Assembly: GCA_016867115.1 (NCBI GenBank)
Contig: VGKG01000005.1
Coordinates: 1-61,250, forward strand
Reading direction: 5' to 3'
Source of the DNA: Candidatus Omnitrophota bacterium
Lineage (GTDB): Bacteria > Omnitrophota > Gorgyraeia > Gygaellales > Profunditerraquicolaceae
DNA length: 61,250 nt
In this document: piece after piece, positions 35,673-45,546 of the stretch
Layout: the number at the start of each line of letters is the position of its first letter
Position numbering within the stretch: position 1 is the stretch's first letter
Notes under the pieces: model-generated
The model's input: the letters and a program-made list of their open reading frames with translations, nothing else
Database searches by the model: none
Told to the model about the DNA's origin: nothing
Position numbers and translations under genes: made by a program

Positions 35673-35850
35673 ATAAATATGATCTTTATAAATGATTATC
35701 TTAAGATAAATTACCGACGAAGTCAAGTCTTTTTCTCGTCGGAGTCGAAAGCCCCCGCAGCTTCGCTTCGCGAAGCTAAACGCAGGGGTTATTTCAGCCA
35801 TAGACTTACGTCCACTGAAGAAATATAAGGTTCCGTAAGTCTAGGCTTCA

Positions 35851-35877
35851 ATAAAAAACCCCGCTTCACAGCGGGGT
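35851..35877 (-). terminator. Rho-independent terminator after rpsI
   Basis: The minus strand reads CCCCGC-TGTGAA-GCGGGG followed by TTTTTTAT. Confidence 0.8.
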
Positions 35878-35915
35878 CATCTATAATTTTAAATTTTAAA
35901 TTTAAAATCTACATA

Positions 35916-36311
<396 letters not shown>

Positions 36312-36318
36312 GTTACTT

Positions 36319-36750
36319 TTATACCTCCAGGGTTACGGGATTTTGCGCCTTCTGCAGGTGCTTGTCATCCGCGTAAACTTTTAACTTTTTTAATATCCGC
36401 GTTCCTAACCTGCCGCCGGGTAACATCCGGCCCACTGCCAGCTTCACCACCGTCGCCGGTTTCTTCGCCAGCATTGTCTCAAGGGTGACTTCTCTTAAGC
36501 CGCCCGGATAACCCGAAAAGCGGCGGTAGACTTTCTGCTTAGGCTTTCTGCCGGTCACTCTGACCTTGGCGGCATTGATGACAATGACGCTGTCGCCGGT
36601 ATCCAGATGCGGGGTAAAGATAGGTTTATGCTTACCCCTCAGGATAGTAGCTACCTTGGCTGCAAGCCTGCCCAGGGTCTTATCTTTGGCATCCACAAGA
36701 TACCACTGGTGTTTAATGTCCTCTTTTTTGGCTACATAGGTTTTATTCAT
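36319..36750 (-). CDS. rplM: 50S ribosomal protein L13
   Basis: Has WYLVDAKDKTLGRLA and GKHKPIFTPH. Confidence 0.96.
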   Translation of the reverse strand: MNKTYVAKKEDIKHQWYLVDAKDKTLGRLAAKVATILRGKHKPIFTPHLDTGDSVIVINAAKVRVTGRKPKQKVYRRFSGYPGGLREVTLETMLAKKPATVVKLAVGRMLPGGRLGTRILKKLKVYADDKHLQKAQNPVTLEV

Positions 36751-36836
36751 CCTCTGACGACTTTCTCTAAGTTAAACAACCTGGACCCTGCAGGACTGAA
36801 TCCCGGTAATTATCCGACTGGATTCGTAAGGTAAAA

Positions 36837-36864
36837 AGTATAACATAAATCCGGGCCAAGTCAA
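36837..36864 (-). promoter_or_regulatory. Candidate sigma70 promoter for rplM-rpsI
   Basis: On the minus strand, TTGACT (36859-36864) is separated by 16 nt from TATACT (36837-36842), about 85 nt upstream of the rplM ATG. Confidence 0.5.
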
Positions 36865-36865
36865 A

Positions 36866-38380
36866 TTATTTTTTTCTCCCCTTTGCCAGCCAGAATACCA
36901 GGCCAAAGACAAGGCCTAGCGCCCCGGCTGCCCAAAAAGGCACTGAAGCCCTGCGGATGACCGCCTGAGACCGGCACTTTTGATTCTTAAAGAGAGCGAA
37001 AAGCTTGGTCCGGCCGAACTCGCGCAGATCGTAGCGGATTACCGCCTTGCTCAGGGCTGAAGGGTCTTCATCAAGGGCAAAAACCGCTATCTTTGAGGCG
37101 GCAATGGGGTCGTAATCCCCGGAGGCAGGGCCTATTTCAGGCAGGAGCGCGTTTGCCGTAAATCTTCCGGAAAGGCCGGCTAAAGCCGGGCCTAATGCAT
37201 TGATACTGCAAAAGACTATGTCATCTTCGCCGGAATTACCGCGGATCAGAGAGACGGCGGGAAAATAATCCTGCGGAAACCAGATCGAACCGCCGCGCGC
37301 CAAAAGCAGGCCCAGAAAAGCAGAATCCGTAACCTTTACCCCATAGGTCACCTTCTCCCCGGGGCCGGCCTTATCCATGGAAAGGGTGGGAGAAATCAGC
37401 AGGATGAAAACCGCAACCAGGATGAAGATGAGCCTCCTGTATTTTATCTGGCTTAACCTATCATATATGTACGCCAGGAAACAGGCGCCAAGCAGGAATA
37501 TAGGCAGGTACCCTTCCTGCGAAAAAAAACGGTAGGGATAAACCACGTAAATCAGGCTGGCCGGCAATAAGCTGAAAATAAACCGGTATCTGGCCCCCTT
37601 CTTAAAAGCAATGAGTGCGCCCGCAATTGCCGGCAGATAATCGATGATCTTAATCTGACAGAGATTAGACTCGTTAAGATTCAGGCCAAGGCTTGAGACG
37701 GACCCGAGGCTGGCAATCTGTTTTGCGATCATCGGCGCTGAGAAGACAAGGCCCCAGAAAAGCGTAAAGGCACACGCCCTTCTAGTCTGCGTATCGAGAC
37801 AGGCATAAAACAAAATCGCCAGGGCCAGGAACCAGGACGTCCCGATATGCGTGTAAAAAGCCAGGGCCAGAAGCAGCGCGGCGCGCACGGCCTGCCTGCG
37901 AAAGATGCGCTCCAGCGAAAACATCCCGAAAATCAAAGCCAGCGTCACCGGGATGTGGTTGATCAGGGATAATGAAAAGGTAAAAGATGAACCGAAAGCA
38001 AGCAGGCTGAAAAACGCAAGGCGCGAGTCGAAATTCCGTTTCAGAAAGAGCCATAAGACGAACATGAATCCCGGTATGGAAGCTGCCTCGAATATTTTTG
38101 CGATAATGACCGGGCCGGACTTGATCCCGATCAGAAGGGCCAGCACGAAATGAAAGAAGGGCGGATAGATGTGAGTCCTGCCTAGCGGCGCATACTGCCA
38201 GAAATCCCAGCCGCTGTAGCCGCCGGCGCGGATAAAACCCTGCGCGGTCAGGATATGGTAATAGATATCCATGAACTGGGGGAGGACCCTCCAGCGCATG
38301 GCCTGAAAAAGCACAAAACAGGCAATGATCAGCAGGGAATAAAAATCCCAGCGTATTTCTTTCTGTCCCTCTCCTTGCAT
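36866..38380 (-). CDS. Polytopic inner-membrane protein, possibly a GT-C-type glycosyltransferase or polymerase. Function uncertain.
   Basis: Has more than 10 predicted hydrophobic helices, then a soluble segment of about 130 aa and a final TM. No diagnostic motif was recognised. Confidence 0.5.
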   Translation of the reverse strand: MQGEGQKEIRWDFYSLLIIACFVLFQAMRWRVLPQFMDIYYHILTAQGFIRAGGYSGWDFWQYAPLGRTHIYPPFFHFVLALLIGIKSGPVIIAKIFEAASIPGFMFVLWLFLKRNFDSRLAFFSLLAFGSSFTFSLSLINHIPVTLALIFGMFSLERIFRRQAVRAALLLALAFYTHIGTSWFLALAILFYACLDTQTRRACAFTLFWGLVFSAPMIAKQIASLGSVSSLGLNLNESNLCQIKIIDYLPAIAGALIAFKKGARYRFIFSLLPASLIYVVYPYRFFSQEGYLPIFLLGACFLAYIYDRLSQIKYRRLIFILVAVFILLISPTLSMDKAGPGEKVTYGVKVTDSAFLGLLLARGGSIWFPQDYFPAVSLIRGNSGEDDIVFCSINALGPALAGLSGRFTANALLPEIGPASGDYDPIAASKIAVFALDEDPSALSKAVIRYDLREFGRTKLFALFKNQKCRSQAVIRRASVPFWAAGALGLVFGLVFWLAKGRKK

Positions 38381-38402
38381 CTTTATCCCTTCGGACGAAA
38401 GG

Positions 38403-40709
38403 TTATTTTGACGGGGTAGTGACGATCTCGATAAACAGATCGGCCAGGCGCGGATCGAACTGCGCGCCCTTAACTCTATTGATCTCTCTTACCGCCTCTT
38501 CCACCGGAAAGGCCTTCTTATAGTCGCGGCCCGTAGTCAAAGCATCGAAGACATCCGCCAGCGAAATGATCTGGGCTGCCCGAGGAATAGCTTCACCCTT
38601 GAGCCCCTGCGGGTAACCCGAACCGTCCCACCTCTCGTGATGGTAAAGGATCCAGGGCAGGATATCCTTGAACTCTTTGAGCGGCTCAAGGATCTTTACG
38701 CCGATGATCTCGTGTTTCCTGATCAGGTCAAACTCATCCTTATCCAATGCGCCCTTTTTATGCAGGATAGCATCCGGAATACCGATCTTGCCCAGGTCAT
38801 GCAGTAATGCGGCTTTTTTAAGCTTTTCCTTTTCTTCTTCGGGCCACCCCAGCTTCTCCGCTAATTTGAGCGAATAATCCCGCACCCGCTCCGAATGCCC
38901 TTCGGTATAAGGGTCGCGCGCTTCCAGGGCATTTACCAGGGAAGCGATGATCTGAAAGTAGGTCTCTTTAGTCCTGGCATGCTCCCTGCTCAGGCTGTCG
39001 ATAAGGGCGAGCAGCTGACTGTTCCTCTCCTCGATATCTTCTCCGATCGTACCCAGGACATCCTTCACCAGCGCTGATTTTTCTCCTGCGGGCCTGGCCA
39101 TCGCGGCCATATCCCCGGGCAAAGCCTCTCTTATGCGCCCCCCCTCTTTCTTTGCCTCTTGCGCTAACATAAAAAGCAGGTCACCCCCGGAAACGCCTTT
39201 CCTGAGCTTGGCATAGACCAGCTTCACTTCGGAACGCAGGGATTTCCTGCGTAACAGCATCTCAAGCTCCGCGCTCAACGCAGACGCGATCTCCCTGATC
39301 TTCTTCTCGGGACCGGCTACCAGCCCCGCGATCTCCTCGGCTGAGTAAACCGACCAAAAGGACGACCTCTTCTGCAGGATCAAACAAATCCTTTTCCAGA
39401 TGTCTTTAAGCTCCCCGACAGAAATATCCTCCGTCAGCCGCCTGAGAGCCTCCAGGCGTATAAAAATAAGGTATTGCTGCCGGCCGAAGTAGATCTTTGC
39501 CGCCTCAAGGTCAAGGCGGTAAAGGAAATACCGCAGGGTAAAAAGGCCCCTTAAGGGATCGACCGTAGCCTTATCCTTGATCCTGATTATCTGCGCCAGG
39601 GAATAAAGGGATCTGTAAAGCTGGCCGAAAACAAAAAAAAGCAAACAGAAGAAGACGACCGGAGTAAAATCAAATCTCAGGCCGTTGAGGATCAAAATAA
39701 CCAGCCCGAGGAAGTCCAAAGTAAGCACGCCCATAGTCAGGACAGCGCCGAAAAAGAAACCGCCGTAGATTAGGGCCGCGGTAATGGCTGCCAGCGAGAA
39801 GATCAGGAAGGGTATGATCAGCGTATTTACCTGATGCAGCGTCCGACCGCTGACGATATTGGCTATCCCGTAGAGATGCAGCAAGCCTCCGGGCATCTTT
39901 CCGAGGGGAGTGGGATGGATATCGTGGCGGATCGCCGCTTCGGGATAGACTAAGACCAGGCTGCCTCTGAGAAAATCCTCTCCGTGGAGAGCCTTCAGTC
40001 CCGGCAGGTCAGAAAGCACATCATAACAGCTTATATACGTCATGCTTTCGGGATTCAGCAGGTAGTTAATATAGAATGTGCGGTCATCCCCGGATAGCGG
40101 CAGCGAAGAAACCAGCTCCTGCTCGCTTTTCTTAAGGAACGCTGCGGAGAGCGCGACAGAGAGCGAATAATAAGTCCTGCCCTTGGAGGTGATGTAGGCC
40201 CTTAAACGGCGGACCTTTCCGTCGGCGTCAGTGGGGGTATTCAGCATGCCCATAGAATAGGCGGCATTGATGAACCCTGCCTCAGGCAGGACCGGCGACC
40301 TCTCTTTAGGGTCAAAGTAATACGCCAGGACCACGCGGCTTTTAGCCTCTTTCAAGGCCTCTACAAAGAGCCGGTCTTCTTCCTTATTCTCGGATTCGCC
40401 GATGAAGGAAAGATCGATTCCTATGGTGTCTACGCCCTCTTTATTCAGTATCGTGACTAACTCAGCATAAAGAGACCTCTTCCAGGGCCAGCGCTGCTGG
40501 ATCTTATCCAGAGACCTGTCGTCTATGCCGATACCGACGATCTTGTGCGGCTTTACAGAGACGGATGAAATGGAGTGGGCATATTTAAGAGGAGAATCAT
40601 TAAGGCTAAGGGAAATACGCGAAGAGATCTTTCCGGAAAGGAAAATAGAAACGGCTAAGGCGATTAGGCCGATGGCCAGATACCTGATGAAGGTAATGTT
40701 TTTTTTCAA
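38403..40709 (-). CDS. CHASE2 sensor / HD-GYP domain protein (putative c-di-GMP phosphodiesterase)
   Basis: The N-terminal periplasmic CHASE2-like region (IVGIGIDDRSLDKIQQRWPWKRS) is followed by TM helices. The C-terminus has HSERV, LHDLGKIGIPD and HHERWDGSGYPQGL. Confidence 0.85.
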   Translation of the reverse strand: MKKNITFIRYLAIGLIALAVSIFLSGKISSRISLSLNDSPLKYAHSISSVSVKPHKIVGIGIDDRSLDKIQQRWPWKRSLYAELVTILNKEGVDTIGIDLSFIGESENKEEDRLFVEALKEAKSRVVLAYYFDPKERSPVLPEAGFINAAYSMGMLNTPTDADGKVRRLRAYITSKGRTYYSLSVALSAAFLKKSEQELVSSLPLSGDDRTFYINYLLNPESMTYISCYDVLSDLPGLKALHGEDFLRGSLVLVYPEAAIRHDIHPTPLGKMPGGLLHLYGIANIVSGRTLHQVNTLIIPFLIFSLAAITAALIYGGFFFGAVLTMGVLTLDFLGLVILILNGLRFDFTPVVFFCLLFFVFGQLYRSLYSLAQIIRIKDKATVDPLRGLFTLRYFLYRLDLEAAKIYFGRQQYLIFIRLEALRRLTEDISVGELKDIWKRICLILQKRSSFWSVYSAEEIAGLVAGPEKKIREIASALSAELEMLLRRKSLRSEVKLVYAKLRKGVSGGDLLFMLAQEAKKEGGRIREALPGDMAAMARPAGEKSALVKDVLGTIGEDIEERNSQLLALIDSLSREHARTKETYFQIIASLVNALEARDPYTEGHSERVRDYSLKLAEKLGWPEEEKEKLKKAALLHDLGKIGIPDAILHKKGALDKDEFDLIRKHEIIGVKILEPLKEFKDILPWILYHHERWDGSGYPQGLKGEAIPRAAQIISLADVFDALTTGRDYKKAFPVEEAVREINRVKGAQFDPRLADLFIEIVTTPSK

Positions 40710-40715
40710 ATTAAC

Positions 40716-41585
40716 TTAAAAACAAAATTTAATAGTATTGCAGGACCACTTCCTGATGTCATTCCAGGCATCCTCCCACCAGCTTTCCTCCTCGCCTTTA
40801 CTGACAGTAGGCTGGGCCTGAGCACTGCTCTTGCTTGGCGTTTTATCTTCTGACTCTTTTTTCTGGCCAGGCGCCTTAGCTGTGTCGCGCAAACCCCGCA
40901 CCGCAGTTACGCTTTCTACCTGAGCCATTACAGCTTCCTGCTCGATTGCATCGCCTTTGGTAATAGCCTGGGCAAAATTATCCGAACTGAATAACCCGAC
41001 ATGTTCATGCCTGCCGGTTAAACCGCTTGTGCCCGAGAATACCGGGGTCTCGCAATCAGCGATCAGGAATGTCCCCGCCCCGAGCCTGCGGTATTCGTCC
41101 GAGCCCAGGTTCTCAAGCTGCTCATTCATCCCGTAAGAACGGCCCCGGATCCCGCCGCCTGACCCTGTCGGAGGCGTATGGTCAGCAGGACAGGTGATTA
41201 TTTTGATGTCCCCTCCCGCCAGGATATCGGTCAGCAGAGAGCGTCCGCCCCCTTCCTCCCCCTGGGCAAAGGCCAAGCCCCTCTTTTCCAGGTCAACGAT
41301 AAAATAAGCAAGCTTGATCTTCCAGGCGCCTTTTTTCCGCAAGACCTCGGCGTACGCCCTGCGGATATAGTCTGCAGGCAGCCCGCTCAGGTCTCCGGGC
41401 AGGGTGTCGTTCTCCATGGCATAAATATCCAGGGCTCTTTTTAAGGCTTCCAGATTCTGCCGGCAGACCTTTGCCTTCTGGTTTTCCACCATGCTCTTGT
41501 AACCGGGAAAACCGAGCGTAGCAAGGATCCCTATGACTACGATCACCACGATCACTTCCATCAACGTAAATGATTTCTTATTCAT
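40716..41585 (-). CDS. Prepilin-type N-terminal domain protein with a long C-terminal extension
   Basis: MNKKS|FTLMEVIVVIVVIGILATLGFPGYKSMVENQKA is the N-terminus. At 289 aa it has a charged, Trp-rich tail (EESWWEDAWNDIRKW). Confidence 0.7.
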   Translation of the reverse strand: MNKKSFTLMEVIVVIVVIGILATLGFPGYKSMVENQKAKVCRQNLEALKRALDIYAMENDTLPGDLSGLPADYIRRAYAEVLRKKGAWKIKLAYFIVDLEKRGLAFAQGEEGGGRSLLTDILAGGDIKIITCPADHTPPTGSGGGIRGRSYGMNEQLENLGSDEYRRLGAGTFLIADCETPVFSGTSGLTGRHEHVGLFSSDNFAQAITKGDAIEQEAVMAQVESVTAVRGLRDTAKAPGQKKESEDKTPSKSSAQAQPTVSKGEEESWWEDAWNDIRKWSCNTIKFCF

Positions 41586-41618
41586 CTATCTGCCTCCGTT
41601 CATAAAAAAAGGGCTTTT

Positions 41619-42392
41619 CTAGTATTTTACCTTTAGCAGGCACAAACCCTTTGCCGGTGCTGTCGGCCCGGCAAGCCTGCGGTCGCGCGAATTAAGGATC
41701 CTCTCCAGAGCGCCTGCGTTTAGCTTGCCCCTGCCGATCTCAATGAGCGTGCCGACGATATTTCTGGCCATATTATACAGGAATCCGTCGGCCTCAATAT
41801 AAATATATATGAAATAACCCTGCTTCGCAACCTTTATTTGCTTAATGTGCCTCAGGGGATTCCTTGCCTTGCCACCGGAAGCCCGGAAAGAACTGAAGTC
41901 ATGCCGGCCCAGGAGCCTGCGGCTTTCTCTCTGCATCAGCCTGACGTCAAGGGGAAAAGGATAAAAGTAGGCGCTTCTTTTCAGGAAGGGGCTTGAGTGC
42001 TTGCGGTTTAAAATGGTGTAGCGGTAGAGTTTGGATCCGGCGGAAAAACGGCTATGAAAATCAAGCGGCGCTTCTTTTAAGGAATATACAGAGATGTCGT
42101 CGGGAAGGAGGCCGTTTAAGGCCCGTTCTAATTTCTCTAAGGGGATCTGTGAAGAGGTTTTAAAATTTGCAACTTGGCCTAAGGCATGCACCCCGGCATC
42201 AGTTCTTCCCGAGGCAATTAAACGGACCTTTTCCTGGAGGACCTTTTGGAGGGTCTTTTCTATTACTTCCTGGATACTTCTCTGGCGACCTGGCGACCTG
42301 GTGACCTGGTGACTTTGAATCTGCCAGCCGCAATAATCCGTTCCGTCGTACTCTATGCTGAGCCGGATATTCCTTATTATTTTACCAGGCAT
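41619..42392 (-). CDS. truA: tRNA pseudouridine(38-40) synthase
   Basis: Has YDGTDYCGWQ and GRTDAGVHA. Confidence 0.92.
   Translation of the reverse strand: MPGKIIRNIRLSIEYDGTDYCGWQIQSHQVTRSPGRQRSIQEVIEKTLQKVLQEKVRLIASGRTDAGVHALGQVANFKTSSQIPLEKLERALNGLLPDDISVYSLKEAPLDFHSRFSAGSKLYRYTILNRKHSSPFLKRSAYFYPFPLDVRLMQRESRRLLGRHDFSSFRASGGKARNPLRHIKQIKVAKQGYFIYIYIEADGFLYNMARNIVGTLIEIGRGKLNAGALERILNSRDRRLAGPTAPAKGLCLLKVKY
42285..42316 (+). repeat. Four tandem G(C/T)GACNNN octamers inside truA
   Basis: The units gcgacctg gcgacctg gtgacctg gtgacttt encode SHQVTRSPGRQ. Confidence 0.9.
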
Positions 42393-43393
42393 TCGGCAAT
42401 CTGCACCGCATTAGTGGCAGCGCCCTTACGCAGGTTGTCTGCGACCACCCACAGCCACAGGCCCTTCTTTTCAAAGCAGTCCTGGCGGATCCTGCCCACA
42501 AAGACCTCATCCCTTCCCTCTACGTCCTTGGGCATGGGATAAAGGCTCTTTGCCGGATCGTCGATAACCACGATTCCGGCAGCCCTGGAAAGCAGTTTTC
42601 TTGCCGCGTCAGCGGTAATGGGCTTTGCGGTCTCGATATAGACCGATTCGGAGTGTCCGGTACGCACCGGAACGCGGATAGTGGTGGCTGAAATCTTGAT
42701 CTTTTTGTCATGCATGATCTTGTGGGTCTCATGCACCAGCTTCCATTCTTCGCTGGTATAATCGCATTCGCTGAAACCTCCGATGTGGGGAAAGACGTTG
42801 AAACCCAGCTGCTGGGGCATGGCCCTGTTTTCGACATTCACATGGACGCTGGTAAAACCGCGAGAAGAAATGATCACGGTCTCTTCCTTTAATTGCTCTA
42901 CCGCCGCTTTTCCCGCTCCGGAAGAAGCCTGGAGGGTAGTGACGATTATCTTCTTGATGCCTGCCTTTTTATGTATCGGCCATAAGGCAACCACCATCTG
43001 TATGGTCGAGCAATTGGGGTTGGCGATGATTCCTTTGTGCTTCCTGACATCGGCGGCATTCACCTCCGGCACGACCAGGGGCACTTTAGGGTCCATGCGG
43101 AAGTCCGCGCCGTTATCGATGACTACAGCGCCCCTCTTTATCGCCTCCGGAGCGAAAGTCACCGCAGCCCCCTTTTCTCCTTCGGTGCCGGCAAAAAGGG
43201 CGATGTCAATACCTTTGAATCCTTCCGGAGAAACCGCCTCCACGGCGTACTTCTGTCCATCTACATCGATCTCGCGGCTTGAGCGCGCAAAAACGCGCAG
43301 GTCCTGGACCGGGAAGTTCCTCTCTTTTAATACGCGCAGCATCTCTATGCCCACTACGCCGGCGCCTATGACTGCGACATTATATTTTTTCAT
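42377..43393 (-). CDS. asd: Aspartate-semialdehyde dehydrogenase
   Basis: Has VIGAGVVG and NPNCSTI with the catalytic Cys. Confidence 0.92.
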   Translation of the reverse strand: MKKYNVAVIGAGVVGIEMLRVLKERNFPVQDLRVFARSSREIDVDGQKYAVEAVSPEGFKGIDIALFAGTEGEKGAAVTFAPEAIKRGAVVIDNGADFRMDPKVPLVVPEVNAADVRKHKGIIANPNCSTIQMVVALWPIHKKAGIKKIIVTTLQASSGAGKAAVEQLKEETVIISSRGFTSVHVNVENRAMPQQLGFNVFPHIGGFSECDYTSEEWKLVHETHKIMHDKKIKISATTIRVPVRTGHSESVYIETAKPITADAARKLLSRAAGIVVIDDPAKSLYPMPKDVEGRDEVFVGRIRQDCFEKKGLWLWVVADNLRKGAATNAVQIAECLVK

Positions 43394-43406
43394 CGGTAAA
43401 CCTCTC

Positions 43407-44459
43407 CTATTTTAGGTGTTTTACGACAAGGTCGCCGACCTCGCTGGTAGAATAGCCCATCTTTCCCGCGGCGAGGGACTTTAATTTTGTCTGCACCACC
43501 TCGATCACTGCGTCTTCCACCGACTTTGCCGCCTTCTCCTCTCCCAGGTTCTCAAGGAGCATTGCGCCTGCGCAGACCGCCGCCAGAGGATTGATCACGT
43601 TCTGGCCGGTATATTTCGGGGCGCTGCCGCCGATCGGCTCAAACATGGATACGCCCTTGGGGTTGATGTTGCCTCCTGCGGCAATACCCATTCCTCCCTG
43701 GATCATTGCGCCCAGGTCGGTAATGATGTCCCCGAACATATTATCCGTCACGATCACGTCAAACCACTCCGGATTCTTCACGAACCACATGGTCGTGGCA
43801 TCCACGTGCGCGTAGTCAGTGGTAATATCCGGGTATTCCCTGGCTACTTCATAAAAGGTCCTCTCCCAGAGGTCCCAGGCATAAGTCAATACATTCGTCT
43901 TGCCGCAAAGGGTCAGCTTCTTCCTCTTATTGCGCTTGCGCGCGTATTCGAAGGCATAACGGATGCAGCGCTCGACGCCCTGGCGGGTATTGTAGGAGAC
44001 CTGTATGGCGACTTCGTCTTTTGTGCCCTTGTCCCGGAACTCGCCCATGCCTTTATAAAGGCCTTCCGAGTTCTCCCGCACTACCACAAAATCAATGTCC
44101 TCGGGCCTTTTGTCTTTCAGCGGGCAGAAGCCGGAATTATATAGTTTCACCGGACGCAAGTTTATATACTGGTCAAGGCTAAACCTTAATTTCAGGAGCA
44201 CCCCGGTCTCAAGGATGCCGGGTTTTACGTCCGGGTCCCCTACCGCGCCCAGGTATATGGCGTTATATTTTTTTAACTCTTCGATGTCCTGGTCGCCGAC
44301 GAGCTTGCCGGTCTTAAGGTACCTGGCCCCGCTAAAATCGAAGGCTTTCGCCTCGTATTTAAAGCCGAACTTTTTAGCCGCCGCCTCCATTACCTTCAGG
44401 CCTTCGCGGACCACCTCCGGGCCTGTCCCGTCTCCGGGGATAACTGCGATCTTAAACAT
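43407..44459 (-). CDS. leuB: 3-isopropylmalate dehydrogenase (isocitrate/isopropylmalate dehydrogenase family)
   Basis: Has [10 protein letters not shown] and [12 protein letters not shown], and it follows leuD. Confidence 0.85.
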   Translation of the reverse strand: MFKIAVIPGDGTGPEVVREGLKVMEAAAKKFGFKYEAKAFDFSGARYLKTGKLVGDQDIEELKKYNAIYLGAVGDPDVKPGILETGVLLKLRFSLDQYINLRPVKLYNSGFCPLKDKRPEDIDFVVVRENSEGLYKGMGEFRDKGTKDEVAIQVSYNTRQGVERCIRYAFEYARKRNKRKKLTLCGKTNVLTYAWDLWERTFYEVAREYPDITTDYAHVDATTMWFVKNPEWFDVIVTDNMFGDIITDLGAMIQGGMGIAAGGNINPKGVSMFEPIGGSAPKYTGQNVINPLAAVCAGAMLLENLGEEKAAKSVEDAVIEVVQTKLKSLAAGKMGYSTSEVGDLVVKHLK

Positions 44460-44949
44460 TTCTGCGCGACCTCTCTTTCATATAATTCATAAGGCCCCCC
44501 TTTTCTACGATCTCCTGCAGGAATCCGGGGAATGCCTCGGTCTTATAAGTCTCATTTTTAGTGAGGTTTTTAATCAGGCCCTCCGAGAGATCGATCTCAA
44601 GCGTATCCGCCTCCTCGATCCTCTCTATCTGGCCGCACTCAAGGAAAGGCAGGCCTATATTGATGGCGTTGCGGAAGAATATCGCCGCAAAACTCTTTGC
44701 AACTACTGCGCTGATCCCACACCCTTTGATCGCAAGCGGGGCGTGCTCCCGCGATGAACCGCAGCCGAAGTTCTCACCGGCCACAATAATATCCCCCGGG
44801 CTGACCTTGCCGGCAAAATCCGGGCGGATGCTCTCAAGGCAGTGCCTCCCGAGCTCTCTGGCATCGGTGGAGACAAGGTATTTTGCCGCGATGATATCGT
44901 CGGTATTACAATCGTCTCCCAGCTTATGGACTCTTCCTTTGATGATCAT
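44452..44949 (-). CDS. leuD: 3-isopropylmalate dehydratase small subunit
   Basis: Has GENFGCGSSREHA. At 165 aa it is the short (archaeal-like) type. Confidence 0.9.
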   Translation of the reverse strand: MIIKGRVHKLGDDCNTDDIIAAKYLVSTDARELGRHCLESIRPDFAGKVSPGDIIVAGENFGCGSSREHAPLAIKGCGISAVVAKSFAAIFFRNAINIGLPFLECGQIERIEEADTLEIDLSEGLIKNLTKNETYKTEAFPGFLQEIVEKGGLMNYMKERSRRNV

Positions 44950-45536
44950 CTTTCCAATCCGCCTGCGCCCTGCAGCCCCTGCATCATACCGGAGATATCC
45001 TGCTGCCTCACTCCCGCCGGCAGAACGAACAGGCTGTCGTCAAGGGGCGCATTGACGACCAGGTTTTTATAATGTACGGTCGCGCCCCCGGTCTCTAACT
45101 TTACAGGAAAATCTACCGACTCATCCATCCACATCTTGACCGGTACGGCCCCCTTTGAGCAGTTGTAGACGCCGCAGTTTTTTCCGTCGCAAGCCTCCTG
45201 TCCCAGATACTCACAGTCTTTTTTATAGTCTCCCACTTCAGGGACCTGCCCTGCCGCCTCTCCTGCGGGCACGGTTACAGCCATGTTCTGCGCAGGCATA
45301 TACATATACGCCTGCACGCCGTCGAAAATAGTGATGGTCTCGATCCCGCCGGTCTGCATCACCATGCGGCTTTTCTTGCCCTTAGTGTAGACTTTAGTAG
45401 CCGTGCTGCCCATGACAGGGGTCTCCATTACCACATCAAACTGCAGAGTGGAATAATTACGCTCAGCCTGCGCAAAAGCGAGAACCGCAAACAAAGACAT
45501 TAAACATAATAACGACTGCCTGATCAGTGCCTTCAT
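44946..45536 (-). CDS. Secreted LolA-fold-like protein (DUF4412/LolA-like) embedded between leuC and leuD
   Basis: MKALIRQSLLCLMSLFAVLAFAQA is the signal peptide, preceded by AAGGAG 7 nt upstream inside the leuC stop region. The C-terminal LDDSLFVLPAGV is typical of the LolA-like fold. The longer track ORF (to 45767) overlaps leuC out of frame. Confidence 0.65.
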   Translation of the reverse strand: MKALIRQSLLCLMSLFAVLAFAQAERNYSTLQFDVVMETPVMGSTATKVYTKGKKSRMVMQTGGIETITIFDGVQAYMYMPAQNMAVTVPAGEAAGQVPEVGDYKKDCEYLGQEACDGKNCGVYNCSKGAVPVKMWMDESVDFPVKLETGGATVHYKNLVVNAPLDDSLFVLPAGVRQQDISGMMQGLQGAGGLER

Positions 45537-45546
45537 ATCCGTCTCC

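Noticed and set aside
36751-36836. Ribosomal-protein leader or autoregulatory RNA upstream of rplM
   Set aside because: I saw some pairing potential in the 5' UTR of about 85 nt, but no structure I can recognise by eye. A covariance-model scan is needed.
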